Assembly (NCBI RefSeq): GCF_030686945.1
Contig: NW_027122681.1
Location: 1,802,938-1,866,937 of the forward strand
From: Centruroides vittatus
Taxonomy: Eukaryota
Direction of reading: 5' to 3'
Length of the DNA stretch: 64,000 nucleotides
The translations under genes and the position numbers were made by a program. Positions 1-12,049 of this stretch are shown piece after piece (positions within the stretch are counted from its first letter, which is position 1; each line of letters starts with the position of its first letter). The notes below the pieces were generated by a model. The model was not told where the DNA came from. It ran no database searches and saw only the letters and a program-made list of their open reading frames with translations.

Positions 1-3000
1 ACCAATGTCACATGTTATAGTTTAAGATGAATTAAAAAAAAAATTATTATTAATATTAGAAAAGTTTAATCAGAGAATAAGTGAAAATTTAAATTCCAAT
101 ATTCAGCATAAGTATGAACTATTTTATGACAGGCCACATATATTACTGAAAACCCATAAGATTTAACGGAGCTGAAAAATTCATATCCACCAAAGTCTTT
201 TGTATTTTGATATATTTAGATACATAAATGCTAATCATTGTGTTATAACTGTGTTACATATAGCCATTAAGAATAGTAGAGTATACAGTAATAATTGTTT
301 AAGCACATTTATGATGTACTCTTAATGACATATTTCTCAAAAGCATCTCCAAAAGTTTTATTCCAGAGTTAAAACTTATTCTTTAAAAAATTGTTATGAA
401 TATTTGTTAACAATATTTATAATAAATGTACAGTACTTAAATGATAAGATAATTCTTGTATAACAAGATTTGATCTATAATATTTCTATTACTAATAAAA
501 TGAAACTGTAAATTTATCTTAGAATCATTAGATAATTAATTAATAATTATCATTATCATTAATAAGAATATAATTAATATAATATTTTAGTTCTTTTAAC
601 ATAAAAATTCTTATTAGAGATCTCAAGCAAAGTATACTGCATCTGTTCCATTAAAGTTAATGTACAGTAACAGTTATATATTACATTACAGTACAGTAAC
701 AGTTATATATTATGTGGGTACCGAGGAGGGACGACGAGGTCAGTCCTCTGTTTAATTTCGGCAACAAGTCAGAGTGACTTGCCCACGTGTCAGAGATGGC
801 TTATTTGCCGGTAGGGATCCCGTAGGGACGGGACTACGTTTTCATCCGGTCGAGTGTAGGAGGAAAGGTGGAGTCGTGGTAAGGCGATAAGCGAATATTC
901 GAGCAAACAAGACACCATTTAACAGGATAACAACGATTTAATGGAAACAAAATATACGTTACAAAAATCTGACATAAAAGGGGTGACATATAAAATAAGC
1001 TATATATCCCTTTCACGCGAGGGGAGAGAGAGAGAGTTCACATAAATGGGTTCCATACCTCTTGGACAATCAGTAATTCAAATATGCTGTTCGTCACGAT
1101 GATCGAATATTCCTTTCTAGGGAAGGTTCGATGGCACTTGAGCACAAAATAGTCAAATATATTCCGTAGGCACACAGGGTAAGATCGCGACTTGATCTTA
1201 ATTGATGATAGACTCCCCAGAGGAGGGGGAGGAAGCATCTTATATAGCTTTTTGCTGGGAAATTTGGTCACGTGCATGTGCTTAGGCCATAGGTGTTCCC
1301 GGGATTAGAAACAATACGACGAATTCGGGCGCTAACTATAAACTTAAGTTGCAAGATGATCTGTACTCAGCGTAAGAACAATGGATAGTTGACAGTTATA
1401 CGGTCGGGGACGCATATTTTCCCGTCCAAGACCGTTTTTAGGCAGGATGTTTATATCCAGGACAGTTTTTAGCAGGATGTTTATAATAGGAAAATTTTCG
1501 ATTCGATATGGGGAACAATTTTATTATAATTCGTTTTATATTCGGATTATATCCGGATATAAGAAAGGGGTAATTATTAATTCGGATATAATTTATTATA
1601 ATTTTGTGTCAAGGGGATTTCTAGATCTCACAATTACATTGTCAAATAAATATATTAATAAAATATAAAAGCTATTGTTATTGACCAAGACAAAAATCTA
1701 TGAAGCTTATATGTAATTATAAAAAGAAATTAATATTGTCATTTAAAGTATTCTCTCTCTCAACATATACCAGAAAAAATGAAGGAAATAATCATCAGAA
1801 AATTTCTATCTATGCTAATATTATAAAGAAGTAAAGTTTGTAAGTTTGGATATAGGAGGTAATCTCCGAAACTACTCATCCGAATTCAAAAATTCTTTCA
1901 CCAATATTTAGAATGGACCTTCAGGGTGGACATATGCTGTATATTATTCCGTTAAACATTCATATAAGTTAAAAGATATCATCTAGGTAAGCATTATATT
2001 TTTGGTGTCAGCAGGTAGTGAGGGGCAAGCCGCATACGTATACGAGATAGGTAACTGTGCGACGTAGTCATGTGGTCGGCGAGATACACAGAACAAAGAA
2101 GATTATATAGAAGATTACAAGTTTCCGAACTTGTAATCTTCTATATAAATAAAAATGTAAATGTTAGTTTGTTCCTAATCTCAAATCTCCGAAAGTTCTT
2201 CTCCGATTGCTTTGAAATTTTGACACGACACTGCATTCGAATACATGCGTGTTTTTATATAATATAGACGTCGAAATTCCTCCGCGGGGGAGAAGGACAA
2301 AATTAAAGCTTACTGCAAAGAACTCAGCTTCTATTATACTATTTTAGATGCATTTTTTTGCGTTTTAATATGGTACATCAAGAGAATGTACACTAAGAAG
2401 GGATTTTTCAAAATTCCCCCATGGGGGAAGTGTTATACATTTATAATAGATACATTTTGAGCCACAACAATGCGTGGCTGGGTCTGCTAGTTTAATATAA
2501 TATGCATTACATTTTCCACAAAAAGTCCTCTTCATTCTACAAATAATATTTTCTTATTAATGTTTCCCTATGAAATATTAATTATCAAATTTATTATATG
2601 AGGAGAAGTCAGTAATAAGATTACAAACACTTATCAAAAAGTAAGCAAGGAAATATCTCACGCAAAACATTAATTTTTCAACAAAATCACCACATTCAAA
2701 TGCTCGTCCCAAAATTCTGCTTGTCTTAATTGATCTGCAAAAGTCTTAATTGCTGTCACAGTCATACTGCAATGTATCTTCCTTTTATTATCTCTCTGCT
2801 TGAAAAAGATTCATCTACCAAGTGTTCTAAATGTCTACAAAAATGATAATCAGTTTCATATATGGGCTTCAAGATCTCTTTTCGAACCTTAGAAGGACAT
2901 TTAGATAGAGAATATTTTTCAAGTGATAGAGAGATTCAAGAACATGTACTACAGTGTTTCTGACAGCAATTAACAGACTTTTGTGTGTCAAAATTTCAAA

Positions 3001-4117
3001 AGCTGGTGAAATGCTGGGACAAGCATATTAATGTTTATAGATATTCTACTGAAAAATTGTGTGTGATGTGTCAGAAATTGTCTTGCTTATTTTTTCATAA
3101 GTAACCTAACTACTAAATTCTACTTTTGAAAAGTGTTCCAGTTACAATCCTCACAATCTTACTTTATACATATATATATTTTATCAAATTTTCATTTTAA
3201 AATTAAAAATTACTGCTAAAGAGATGTTTAGATTTATATTGTATTTAGATATTCATGTTTATAATACTACCATTCAAAACTGGATATATACTTGAATTAA
3301 AAACTCTAAAAACCTATTCCAGCAACTTTTTATATCTGCAAACATCTTGAGCAGGTGGAAATATATAAGGCCACCCATAATAACATCACTATTAATTTTC
3401 GCGATGTTGGCTCCTTCTCCACAGCATGAAAATCTTTCTTCAAACTATAAATCTTACTATTCTCCCCTCCTCTTTCTCTCATCTTACATCACCTCTCCTC
3501 TGCACATGTGTATGGCAATTCTATAGTGTTTCAGCAGCTGGGGATTAGTTTGGCTGATGATGCCTGTTCTTCACAGGCAAAAACGTTTGCACATATTATA
3601 AAAAATTGCTGGATTACAGGATTTTAGAGTTGTTAATATTCATGTTTAGTTTCAAAACTAACTTCTGGATTAGTTTTTCTTTTTAACTGTCTCTAAGAAG
3701 AGCATTTATCCATTTATATCAAAATTCTTGTTAATTACATTCAATATTTTACTTGTACAAATACTGTTTTAAAAAATTGATAACATTTCCTTCCAACACT
3801 TTTCCATCATTAGCAAAAATTAAAATATTGCATCAATCATTTTAATTATATTTCAGATTTATAATATGATGTTTATAAAACTATTTTTAAAAATATGCTT
3901 GATATTTACTCTTATAAACTTTATATTATAATTTATTTGAACATAAATCAATTCTTAACCAAACATCTTATAAATTACAAACTTATTAAATATCACAATT
4001 GGCATTTTCCAGTATCAAAAATAAGGAGCCAACATCTTATACTGACCTGTCTTTAATTCAAAACTATTTAAATATTAAATTAATGTCTAGTCTTTACATA
4101 TGGTATACTTAACTAAC

Positions 4118-4247
4118 CTTCAGATGCAAAAGCAGCCGCTATTTCCATTTCATCTTCAAAGCCCATATACGGTAGGTCATCAACATCAATCTCTTCCAAT
4201 AAATTATATTTTAGAACGGAACTGTCAAATTCCAAAAAATCTTCTTG
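4118..4247 (-). CDS. PARP4: PARP4-like C-terminal exon, acidic (QEDFLEFDSSVLKYNLLEEIDVDDLPYMGFEDEMEIAAAFASE)
   Basis: Acceptor tttttag; donor TGAAG|gttagtt, phase 1 out. The gene continues below 4118 toward the window start. Confidence 0.45.
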
Positions 4248-4319
4248 CTAAAAATAAATTAAAAATTAGGCCAATAAAAAATCTAAATTATAAGAAATTT
4301 TTATTTTAAATTCACTGAC

Positions 4320-4502
4320 TTCTGTTCTTTTCTCAACAGCAATAAAACTAGTAAGAGACGTAACCAAGTTAAATTGTTTACTAAATTCAATTATTTTCTC
4401 TCTATTGGATTTTTTTTCTAGCAATTGATCGACTCTGTCATCAGCAAGTAGACCATCTTCCCAATCTCGAATAATGGATCGAGCAGCCAATTTATGTAAC
4501 AT
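4320..4502 (-). CDS. PARP4: PARP4-like C-terminal exon (MLHKLAARSIIRDWEDGLLADDRVDQLLEKKSNREKIIEFSKQFNLVTSLTSFIAVEKRTE)
   Basis: Acceptor tattatag; putative weak donor GAA|gtcagt. Overlaps ORF 4266..4502. TSFIAVE resembles the conserved ITIH/PARP4 C-terminal motif. Confidence 0.45.
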
Positions 4503-4712
4503 CTATAATAAAAATTGTAAAGAATAAAAATACATACTTTAATTGAATATTTCTAATAAGATAATATCAGTAATCTTTCTTTTCTGTTTGTATGTTATTA
4601 ATTATGTTGAAATATATCAACATTTGAATCTAGAGTGTAAATTCACTCAGTTTAAGAATTAGCAAACAAACATTTTAAATTCACCCAATAATTGAAAAGT
4701 GTTTAGACTTAC

Positions 4713-4793
4713 AATTCCTTCAGTGGCATTTAATTCAGATGCATATAATACTGTTTCAAATTCTTGTCCTTCAATATCTGCCTTCAACTTTAC
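4713..4793 (-). CDS. PARP4: PARP4-like C-terminal exon (VKLKADIEGQEFETVLYASELNATEGI)
   Basis: Acceptor ttttctag; donor GGAATT|gtaagtcta; 27 codons. Confidence 0.4.
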
Positions 4794-6320
4794 CTAGAAA
4801 ATAAATTTTATAGTTTTTTTGCATTGTGAAAAAGTATATAATTACAAAAATAATAAATTTAAATATTTTAGTTCATCATATAAACTTGAATAGGTGCACA
4901 TTGTTAGTTCTAAAGATAATTACTATTATTATTGTGTTAGTGGAGTATACGATATATGTGTAAATATCAGTGCCTAGTGCTATACTAAATCAAAGTCAAG
5001 ACAACTACAGAAAACGAATGTTTTGTTTATATGCTGTTTATGTATGTATCTGTGTTAAGAATTTTCTGATTATATGACATACATTAAGTACAGCAGCTTT
5101 TTGTAGAATGATGTATGTCTGTTGTGAAGACACAGCATTTCAAGACATATAATGTATGTGATATGACACCTGTACAAGAAATTAAAGATAGAATTCATTT
5201 TATTTGTATCATCCTGCACTGACAAATATTTTATTCATTAAGTTACATTCATTTGTGCTTTCTGTGGGATCTAAACCTGTAATTTCATAAATATTCCTTA
5301 AAATAAAATTATGAGTATTTTAAATTAATTCCGTGTACATAGTTTCAGTAGTCACAATTGTTGTTTTTATGTTTTTATTGATGCATGTTGTGCAGTACCT
5401 GTATTCATGTGTAACTGTTGTTGAAGTAGTAAGTGTCTGATCTGATGATCTAGTGTTCTGTGCATTGATGTAACTGTTGTGCGACTTAATGTTTGAGATG
5501 TTCAAGCATTGTTTGTGAAATAAGGATGTTGTGTACAATTGTTCTTTTATGATCAACAACCCTTTGCTCTGTAACAATGAGGTAGAGTATCTTTGTCTGA
5601 ATTTGTTACATTTGTCTGTCTGTCTATGCTATCATGTCTGTTTTGAGTTTTGTAATAGTAGATATGAATGATGAATTCATTCATTTCTTGTGTCCATTTC
5701 ATCTGTTGGTATGCTTTGTTTTTCGGCCTTAGTGATCAGTGGCTGGATCGTCACTGAAACATGTTGGCTGATTTGGTGTGTTATTGTGTTTGAGTGAGCT
5801 AGTGAATGTGTTAATGTTAATACAGTAAGTCCTCTACTTATGAACTTAATCCGTTCGTAGTGGTCGTTTGCAAGTCGGAAAGTTCGTAACTCGAAAAGAC
5901 GATGTTTGGTGCAAAAACTCAAATACAACGTTGTTTTTACAATTACGTAATGTTTAGGCTACTTGAATAATGTTGAATTAAGATTGTTAAAGGGAAGTAT
6001 AAATTCAAATCAATCACATGTACAGTACATTATTTATTGAAATTACTCATTTAAAACAACTACAAATGTACATATCTATGTACTGTAAATGTTTTAACGT
6101 AAAACTTCAAAAATAAACTTGACTATACATAAAAAATAACCAACTGCACTTTAACCTGCCATCTGTCGGCTTTGTTCGTAACTTTGAAAGTTCATAAGTC
6201 GAATGTTCGTAAGTAGAGGACTGCCTGTATTATTATTATTTATTTATTATAAAAGTAATATTCTAGATAAACAAAACATAACATTTTAAAATCATGTATT
6301 TAATTCATAAATATACTTAC

Positions 6321-6494
6321 AAAACTAACACCTTCTGGACAAAATCCATAAATAATTTGCCTACATCCATTGAATATACTCATTATTTGCTTAGGTGTCT
6401 GGATCACTTCTTCACATCCATCATAAACGTTTTGCCATTCAATTCGTACATTTGTTAGAGATGCTTGAGTTGTTCTCATAATTTGTTTTTGTAC
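6321..6494 (-). CDS. PARP4: PARP4-like C-terminal region exon (VQKQIMRTTQASLTNVRIEWQNVYDGCEEVIQTPKQIMSIFNGCRQIIYGFCPEGVSF)
   Basis: Acceptor tttaag; donor AGTTTT|gtaagtatattt; 58 codons with an open frame. Confidence 0.45.
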
Positions 6495-7129
6495 CTTAAA
6501 ATTAATACATTTTTTTTATTAACGTTTAATTAATAAAATAATAATAATAATAATAAAACAAAGATAAAAACCAATATTCTAGAAGATTAGTAGAACAATC
6601 GTAGAGACCAAATAATCTCATGTATTATCAAAAAACATTCTTTAAATCTACAAAATCATATCTAGTTATAATTGCTATGTATTTTAATTTCACTCTTCAT
6701 ACTCCTTTTTTATCAATTATATGTCAAATAAATGTAATTTAATAAATAAAATATTTGTTAGTAGATGATTCAAGTAAGATGAATTTTATCTTTAACTTCA
6801 TTTTATCTTAATGACATCTTATAGAGTCATTAATATTTGAAAACAGTGGAGCCTTATACATTATTTAAAAAGTGTTTATATAAAAATTACTAGAATGCTA
6901 GCTACTCATACATCTGATAATCAAAAAGACATCATACATGACAAATAACAAAATTAGGTGTATTATATCAAGTTCCTTTGAGCCCATTTGACATGCTTTG
7001 AAATTGGTACTTGTATGCAGGAACTCCAAAATAGTACACATTCGGGAAACTTCATATTTTAAAACAATCACATAATCATTTGACAGTGAGTCTTTTCGAC
7101 CATTGGACCACTCTTATTAAAAACTTTTA

Positions 7130-7730
7130 AAGTAAATTGGGTTTGTATGTTTTGTGCTAGAGCTTTTTCCCAATGATGGACTTATTACACTGGATTAAAC
7201 ACAGAACAGAAAGATGTCGAGACATGTAATTTGCAGATTAATTCTATGTATTTTACAGATTTTTTTTGGACTTGTAGGCATATGTATACTCACTAGTAAT
7301 TTCATAATAAAAATCTTGCAACATATATAAAATGTAGATGTTCCAGATGGGTATTTTGTAAATTCTATTATATTTGTACTATAAATTCATTATGATTTCA
7401 TCAATTTTTCTGGAGGTTATATTGAATTGTACAAATTTTCATTCAAGTTTATGTTCTGTTTAAAATGATCTTGTTTGATGGAGTTTTGTCACGTGTGTAC
7501 ATGTGAGGTTTTTATTATGAAATTACTGGTATCTATACATATGTCTACAAATCCTAAAAAAAGGATCTATGTATTAAGACTGAAGATGAACCTGTCATGT
7601 TCAAAATGCAATTCGTAAAGTAAATACACAGAATTACTCTGCAAATTACATGTCTTGAGGTCATTCTGTTTGATGTTTAATCCAGTGTGATAAGTCCACC
7701 TTTGGGAAAAGTGAGCTAGCATGAAACATA
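7130..7730. mobile_element. Inverted-repeat element (~140-bp arms, ~85% identity, ~300-bp spacer)
   Basis: 7150-7265 (…tttcccaatgatggacttattacactggattaaacacagaacagaaagatgtcgagacatgtaatttgcagattaattctatgtatttt) is approximately the reverse complement of 7590-7730. Confidence 0.55.
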
Positions 7731-8968
7731 TAAAGCAAGACAACAGACAAAAAGTGATCAGAATAATAAATTTGGTTTGTTCACAATACAGCAAATATAA
7801 AATTTTATATACATATTCTTTATATTGTTTTAATTATTTTAAATTTTAAATTGTTATTCTAAATGCATGTTCCAAAAAAATCTAACATCTTTTGTATTTA
7901 CATTCCAATGCTCTTACTCCATTTTTGTTCTAATTGACTGAAGATGATAATTTAAATATTATCACTATAATTTTACAACTTTTCATGGTTTAAGTGTATT
8001 CAATAATTTTTATCATCATAAGACAGTTAAACATACTTTAAATAATATTTTGGAATGTGGTATTTCATATCATTCATATTATAATATTCCTTTTACAATT
8101 TAATACAATCAAACCTCTGAACAACAAGAAAACACAAAAAATGCCCATTATTGGACATTTGACTGTATTAAATTGATTTATAAATTAAAAATAAACATTA
8201 AATTCAGAATTAATTTTGAAAGTAACTTCAAAACATAAAAATTGTAAGATCAGTTAAAACATTAAAATACATTCATAGATTGTTATACAAAGAACCTTAA
8301 ATTTTATAATTATCAAATGTAGTTATAAATATTATATTAATTTTTTAATATATATTAAAAATTGTTTGTTTTAAAGTTCTACATAAATAATAAACATTTT
8401 TCATTAAAGTTATTTAAAGTTTCAATGAATCTAAAGATACAAGTGAATGTTGTCTCTAAATGAAAATGAATTATGAACAAGCAAAAAACATTTTATTATT
8501 AACTAGATTACTGCAAATAATTTTTTGAATCTGATTGAATGTAATTACTTCACACGATATAATATTACTTTTATATTCTTTAATGCTGCATAACAGAAAT
8601 AAATCAACTTTAAGTTAAAGAAACTTTAACTAACAATTCAAGATAAGCTGTGATTAAATTTAATTAATATTTAATAACCAATTGTTAATAATCATTATTT
8701 ACTTAATAACTAATCATAAGGCAACTCATTCAATTGGCTTTGACAAAAATTCATATCTTTATTGTAATTCATATCATATCTTATATACTTTAATTCATAG
8801 TAATCGAATAAACAAATACTATTCTGAACTAAAGTAAAATATCTGACCTTAATGATCAGAGTTAATAATTTAATTATTCTCTTCACAAAGTTTAAAAATA
8901 ACACAGTAAATAATAAATATTAAGATTAATAAATTCAGATTTTTCTTTATGCCAAATATTATATTTAC

Positions 8969-9074
8969 CATATTCTTCCAGTTTTCCAAATTTAAAGTAT
9001 CTAAACATTCGTACACACCTCCACTTTTATTAGCAATTTGTTGCAATGTATGTTTGTTGATATAAGTAGTTGAA
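8969..9074 (-). CDS. PARP4: PARP4-like exon: vWA C-part (SSTTYINKHTLQQIANKSGGVYECLDTLNLENWKNM)
   Basis: Acceptor ttttttttatag, phase 2 in; donor AATATG|gtaaatat. IAxxSGG is typical of the vWA C-terminus. Confidence 0.6.
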
Positions 9075-9165
9075 CTATAAAAAAAAAGCAAAAAGTTAGT
9101 AGTATAATAATGTAAGAAAAAGTCACATTACTTGCAATGATAATAAAATTTCGAATAGTTCCTAC

Positions 9166-9421
9166 CTTAAACCTATTGTAAATATCCTCACTTTGTTGCT
9201 ATAAGATTTGATACTTTTAAATATTATCCTTTCATTATTAATGTCACCATCACTCAAGAGAATTATATTCTTTATGCCTTTTCCAGTAGTTAATTGATAA
9301 TATTTTAAAACTCTTGAAAATTCTGTATTGCCTAATAATGTAACCTGTTTCAGGAAATTCATAGCCTTTTCCACATTTTTTGAATTACATATTTGACTTG
9401 ATGGAAATAACTCATGAAACA
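9166..9421 (-). CDS. PARP4: PARP4-like exon: vWA domain middle (VFHELFPSSQICNSKNVEKAMNFLKQVTLLGNTEFSRVLKYYQLTTGKGIKNIILLSDGDINNERIIFKSIKSYSNKVRIFTIGL)
   Basis: Acceptor ctttttgatag, phase 1 in; donor GGTTTAAG|gtaggaact, phase 2 out. LLSDGD is the vWA beta-strand/Asp motif. Confidence 0.6.
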
Positions 9422-9727
9422 CTATCAAAAAGAAAGAATATTTAAATATAAAAATAAAGAATAGAAAACTTTTGGTAAATCAAGTTTTAGTATTGTATTA
9501 TTCCTATTATTTAATTAAATAAAAATCCAGCAACAAATTGCTTAACTTTCCCAGCAAAATTTATAAGTTTGGTGGTGCCTCTGTTATATTTTATTTTAAA
9601 AACTTTTTATATTTTTCATTATTTTAAAATTGCAAAAAGCTTAATTTTAAGGGTCAAATGTTTATAAAGTATTATTGGCATGACTGGGATAAGACTGATG
9701 GAAAATTTATAGATTATGTACATAGAC

Positions 9728-10345
9728 TGTTTTTTTCAACCTCCGATGGTCCATAAAAAAAAAAAAATGACAAGAGTAAATAACAAAATGAATTTATTAC
9801 TAAAAGTTAGGTACAAACTTGGTTACTTTTCAACATAATCACCGTGAAGATTGAAGCATTTGTCATATGTGTGGATGAGCTTTTCCATCCCCTCTTCATA
9901 GAATGTTGCCACTAATGACTTGAGATGAGCCCTAATGTTGTTTTGAAGATCGTCATTAGTCTCAAATCTCTGCCCTCCTAACCACTTTTTCTGTTTAGGA
10001 AAGAGGTGGAAGTCGCTCAGTGCAAAATCAGGTGTTTAAAGATAGTAAATCCTTTCACCCAACTTGAAACTTTTTAATGTGTGAAAACTTCCACTTCTTT
10101 CCTGAACTGAAAATGTGGCTAGCAGGGCAGAGGTTTAAGACTAATGAACTAATGACAATCTTCAAAACAACATTATATGAAGAGGGATTTCAAAGCTCAT
10201 CTACAGATATGACAAATGCCTCAATCTTCACGGTGATTGCGGACGAAAAGTAATCATGTTTGTACCTAACTTTGGTAATAAATTCATTTTGTTATTTACA
10301 TTTGTCTTTGATTCATGGACCATCAGAGGTTGAAAAAACCGCTCT
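9728..10345. mobile_element. Palindromic head-to-head duplication of a mariner-like element 3' end (transposase C-terminus + terminal TTAGGTACAAAC…GTAATCAC repeat + ~80 bp flank)
   Basis: 9728-10020 matches the reverse complement of 10020-10345. For example, tttttcaacctccgatggtccat (9735) mirrors atggaccatcagaggttgaaaaa (10315). Both arms translate to …LKSLVATFYEEGMEKLIHTYDKCFNLHGDY / …TIFKTTLYEEGFQSSSTDMTNASIFTVIADEK, which is mariner transposase C-terminus-like. Confidence 0.55.
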
Positions 10346-10834
10346 CGTAATATATCTTTTTTTAAAATAATCATTAATAAACAATATGTCTGTACTTAAA
10401 GAATTAACATTAAATAGTCTTAAAATAATACTAAATAATACAGCATAAGGTATGAAAATTTATTCAAAAACAATTAAAACTATATTGTTAAATTCTGCTG
10501 TAAAAAAGTAGTTAAATACAGGTATGCACTGCTTAATTTAGGATCATATATAGAACAAAAGTCCCATAAGATTATAATGGAGCTGAAAAATTAGTAGCTG
10601 CATGTATCTTTACATTAAGTATTTATGTAGCTAAATATATCTAATCATTGTTACAGTTGTGTTACATATGGCCTATATGAGTAATAGACTAAACTAAATA
10701 AGGTTTCTTTATAAAGTTTGCTCGATGACATATTTAAGTGACACATACCTGTACTAATAAGAACAAAACAAAGTGTACAACAATGTTATTTAATAAAATA
10801 TATGTAGAATTATAATAATCATTTTCATTATTAC

Positions 10835-11021
10835 CTGATCCAAAAACTACTATATTAAAATAACAATTATGTGGAAGATTTTTGAGACATAGAATAGCTG
10901 TCTTCAAAGCATCTGCAAATAATTTCCCTTGCATAGAATTTGATGCATCTAATGCAATAATTATCTCAGGATGAGGATTTGTAACTGCTTCGAATTCTGG
11001 ATAAAATGTCAACATGCAAAC
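10835..11021 (-). CDS. PARP4: PARP4-like exon: vWA domain N-part with MIDAS motif (VCMLTFYPEFEAVTNPHPEIIIALDASNSMQGKLFADALKTAILCLKNLPHNCYFNIVVFGS)
   Basis: Acceptor tttaaacag; donor GGATCAG|gtaataatg. DASNSM is the DxSxS MIDAS. Overlaps ORF 10734..11015. Confidence 0.7.
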
Positions 11022-11249
11022 CTGTTTAAAAAAATCTATATTAATAATAAATTGATAAATATTTGTGTTACCTGAAATAAAATCATAAAAGTTAATTAAA
11101 ACAGGTTTCCACAGTCAAAAAATGATATTAAATTACACATAGAAAAGCAAATCCAAATTTAAAAAATCTAATATTGATATACGTATTACAAAAAGTGGTC
11201 TATTGTTACTTACTTCTATGAAAATACTCTTATAAAATGAATCATTTGA

Positions 11250-11420
11250 GATATAAAATATTTAGAATAAAATTATTGTGACATCATTACAATGTTGTGC
11301 TGCAATTCTAATCATATTCTTATCTTATTCAGTTTAAAATATATACTCTTGATTTTAGTAGTGTCTTCCTCCTGTAAATCATACTTTTCCTGATAACAAC
11401 AGTGTCATACCAATCATCGG
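11250..11420. repeat. Truncated copy (head only) of the same family
   Basis: Reads gtgctgcaattctaatcatattc…aaaatatatactcttgattttagtagtgtcttcctcctgtaaatcatacttttcctgataacaacagtgtcataccaatcatcggtctaactctg. Confidence 0.5.
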
Positions 11421-11835
11421 TCTAACTCTGTTGTGGAGAAAATTTATTTTGTTTATTTCATTAAATTTATAAGAAAAGTCTAGACAGACATTTGATTTCC
11501 ACCCCATACAAAAAATATATCATAAAATAAATAATACCTCTTAAAACAAAAACAAGCAAAACAACAAAGATAAATTAAATAAAATAAAAACAAATAACAG
11601 ATCTTAAGAGAGATACAATGCTTTTTACATTTCAATTTAAAATCAGGGAAATCGGGATGTAAAAATTCATCAAAATTATTAAGATTTTGCAATATACAGT
11701 AGAAGAAAGATCATTGAGATAGATTTAGAAGATAAAAAAAAGTAAAAACATAAGTAAATGAGCAAAGTTTTCTTGATGGAATTTGAAGTGAAAGCCAATA
11801 TTGATAAATAAGACCTTTAAAATTTGTAATATATT

Positions 11836-11999
11836 ACCCAATCAAAATATTCAGTTTTCTCAAAGAAAGATGGAAAGCCCAGGTGAATTCTAGCAATATT
11901 AGAGTCATCAGTGAAAGGCAGATTACACATTTTGTTAAACATAAGATATATCTTATTAATAGCAGAAGTAATCTTGTGTAAAAGAGAAAGTGCAGCCAT
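11836..11999 (-). CDS. PARP4: PARP4-like exon between VIT and vWA (…HKITSAINKIYLMFNKMCNLPFTDDSNIARIHLGFPSFFEKTEYFDW)
   Basis: Donor TTGATTGG|gtaatatatt at 11836. The 5' boundary is uncertain because the frame stays open to about 12060. Overlaps ORF 11817..11999. Confidence 0.4.
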
Positions 12000-12049
12000 T
12001 GACCGGATGGGCAGTCCATAATCAATGTGTAAGGGCCAGCCAATGGGAG

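Noticed and set aside
4100-4309. Plus-strand ORF 4100..4309 (69 aa)
   Set aside because: It is antisense to a well-supported minus-strand exon (4118-4247) of the PARP4-like gene, so it is spurious.
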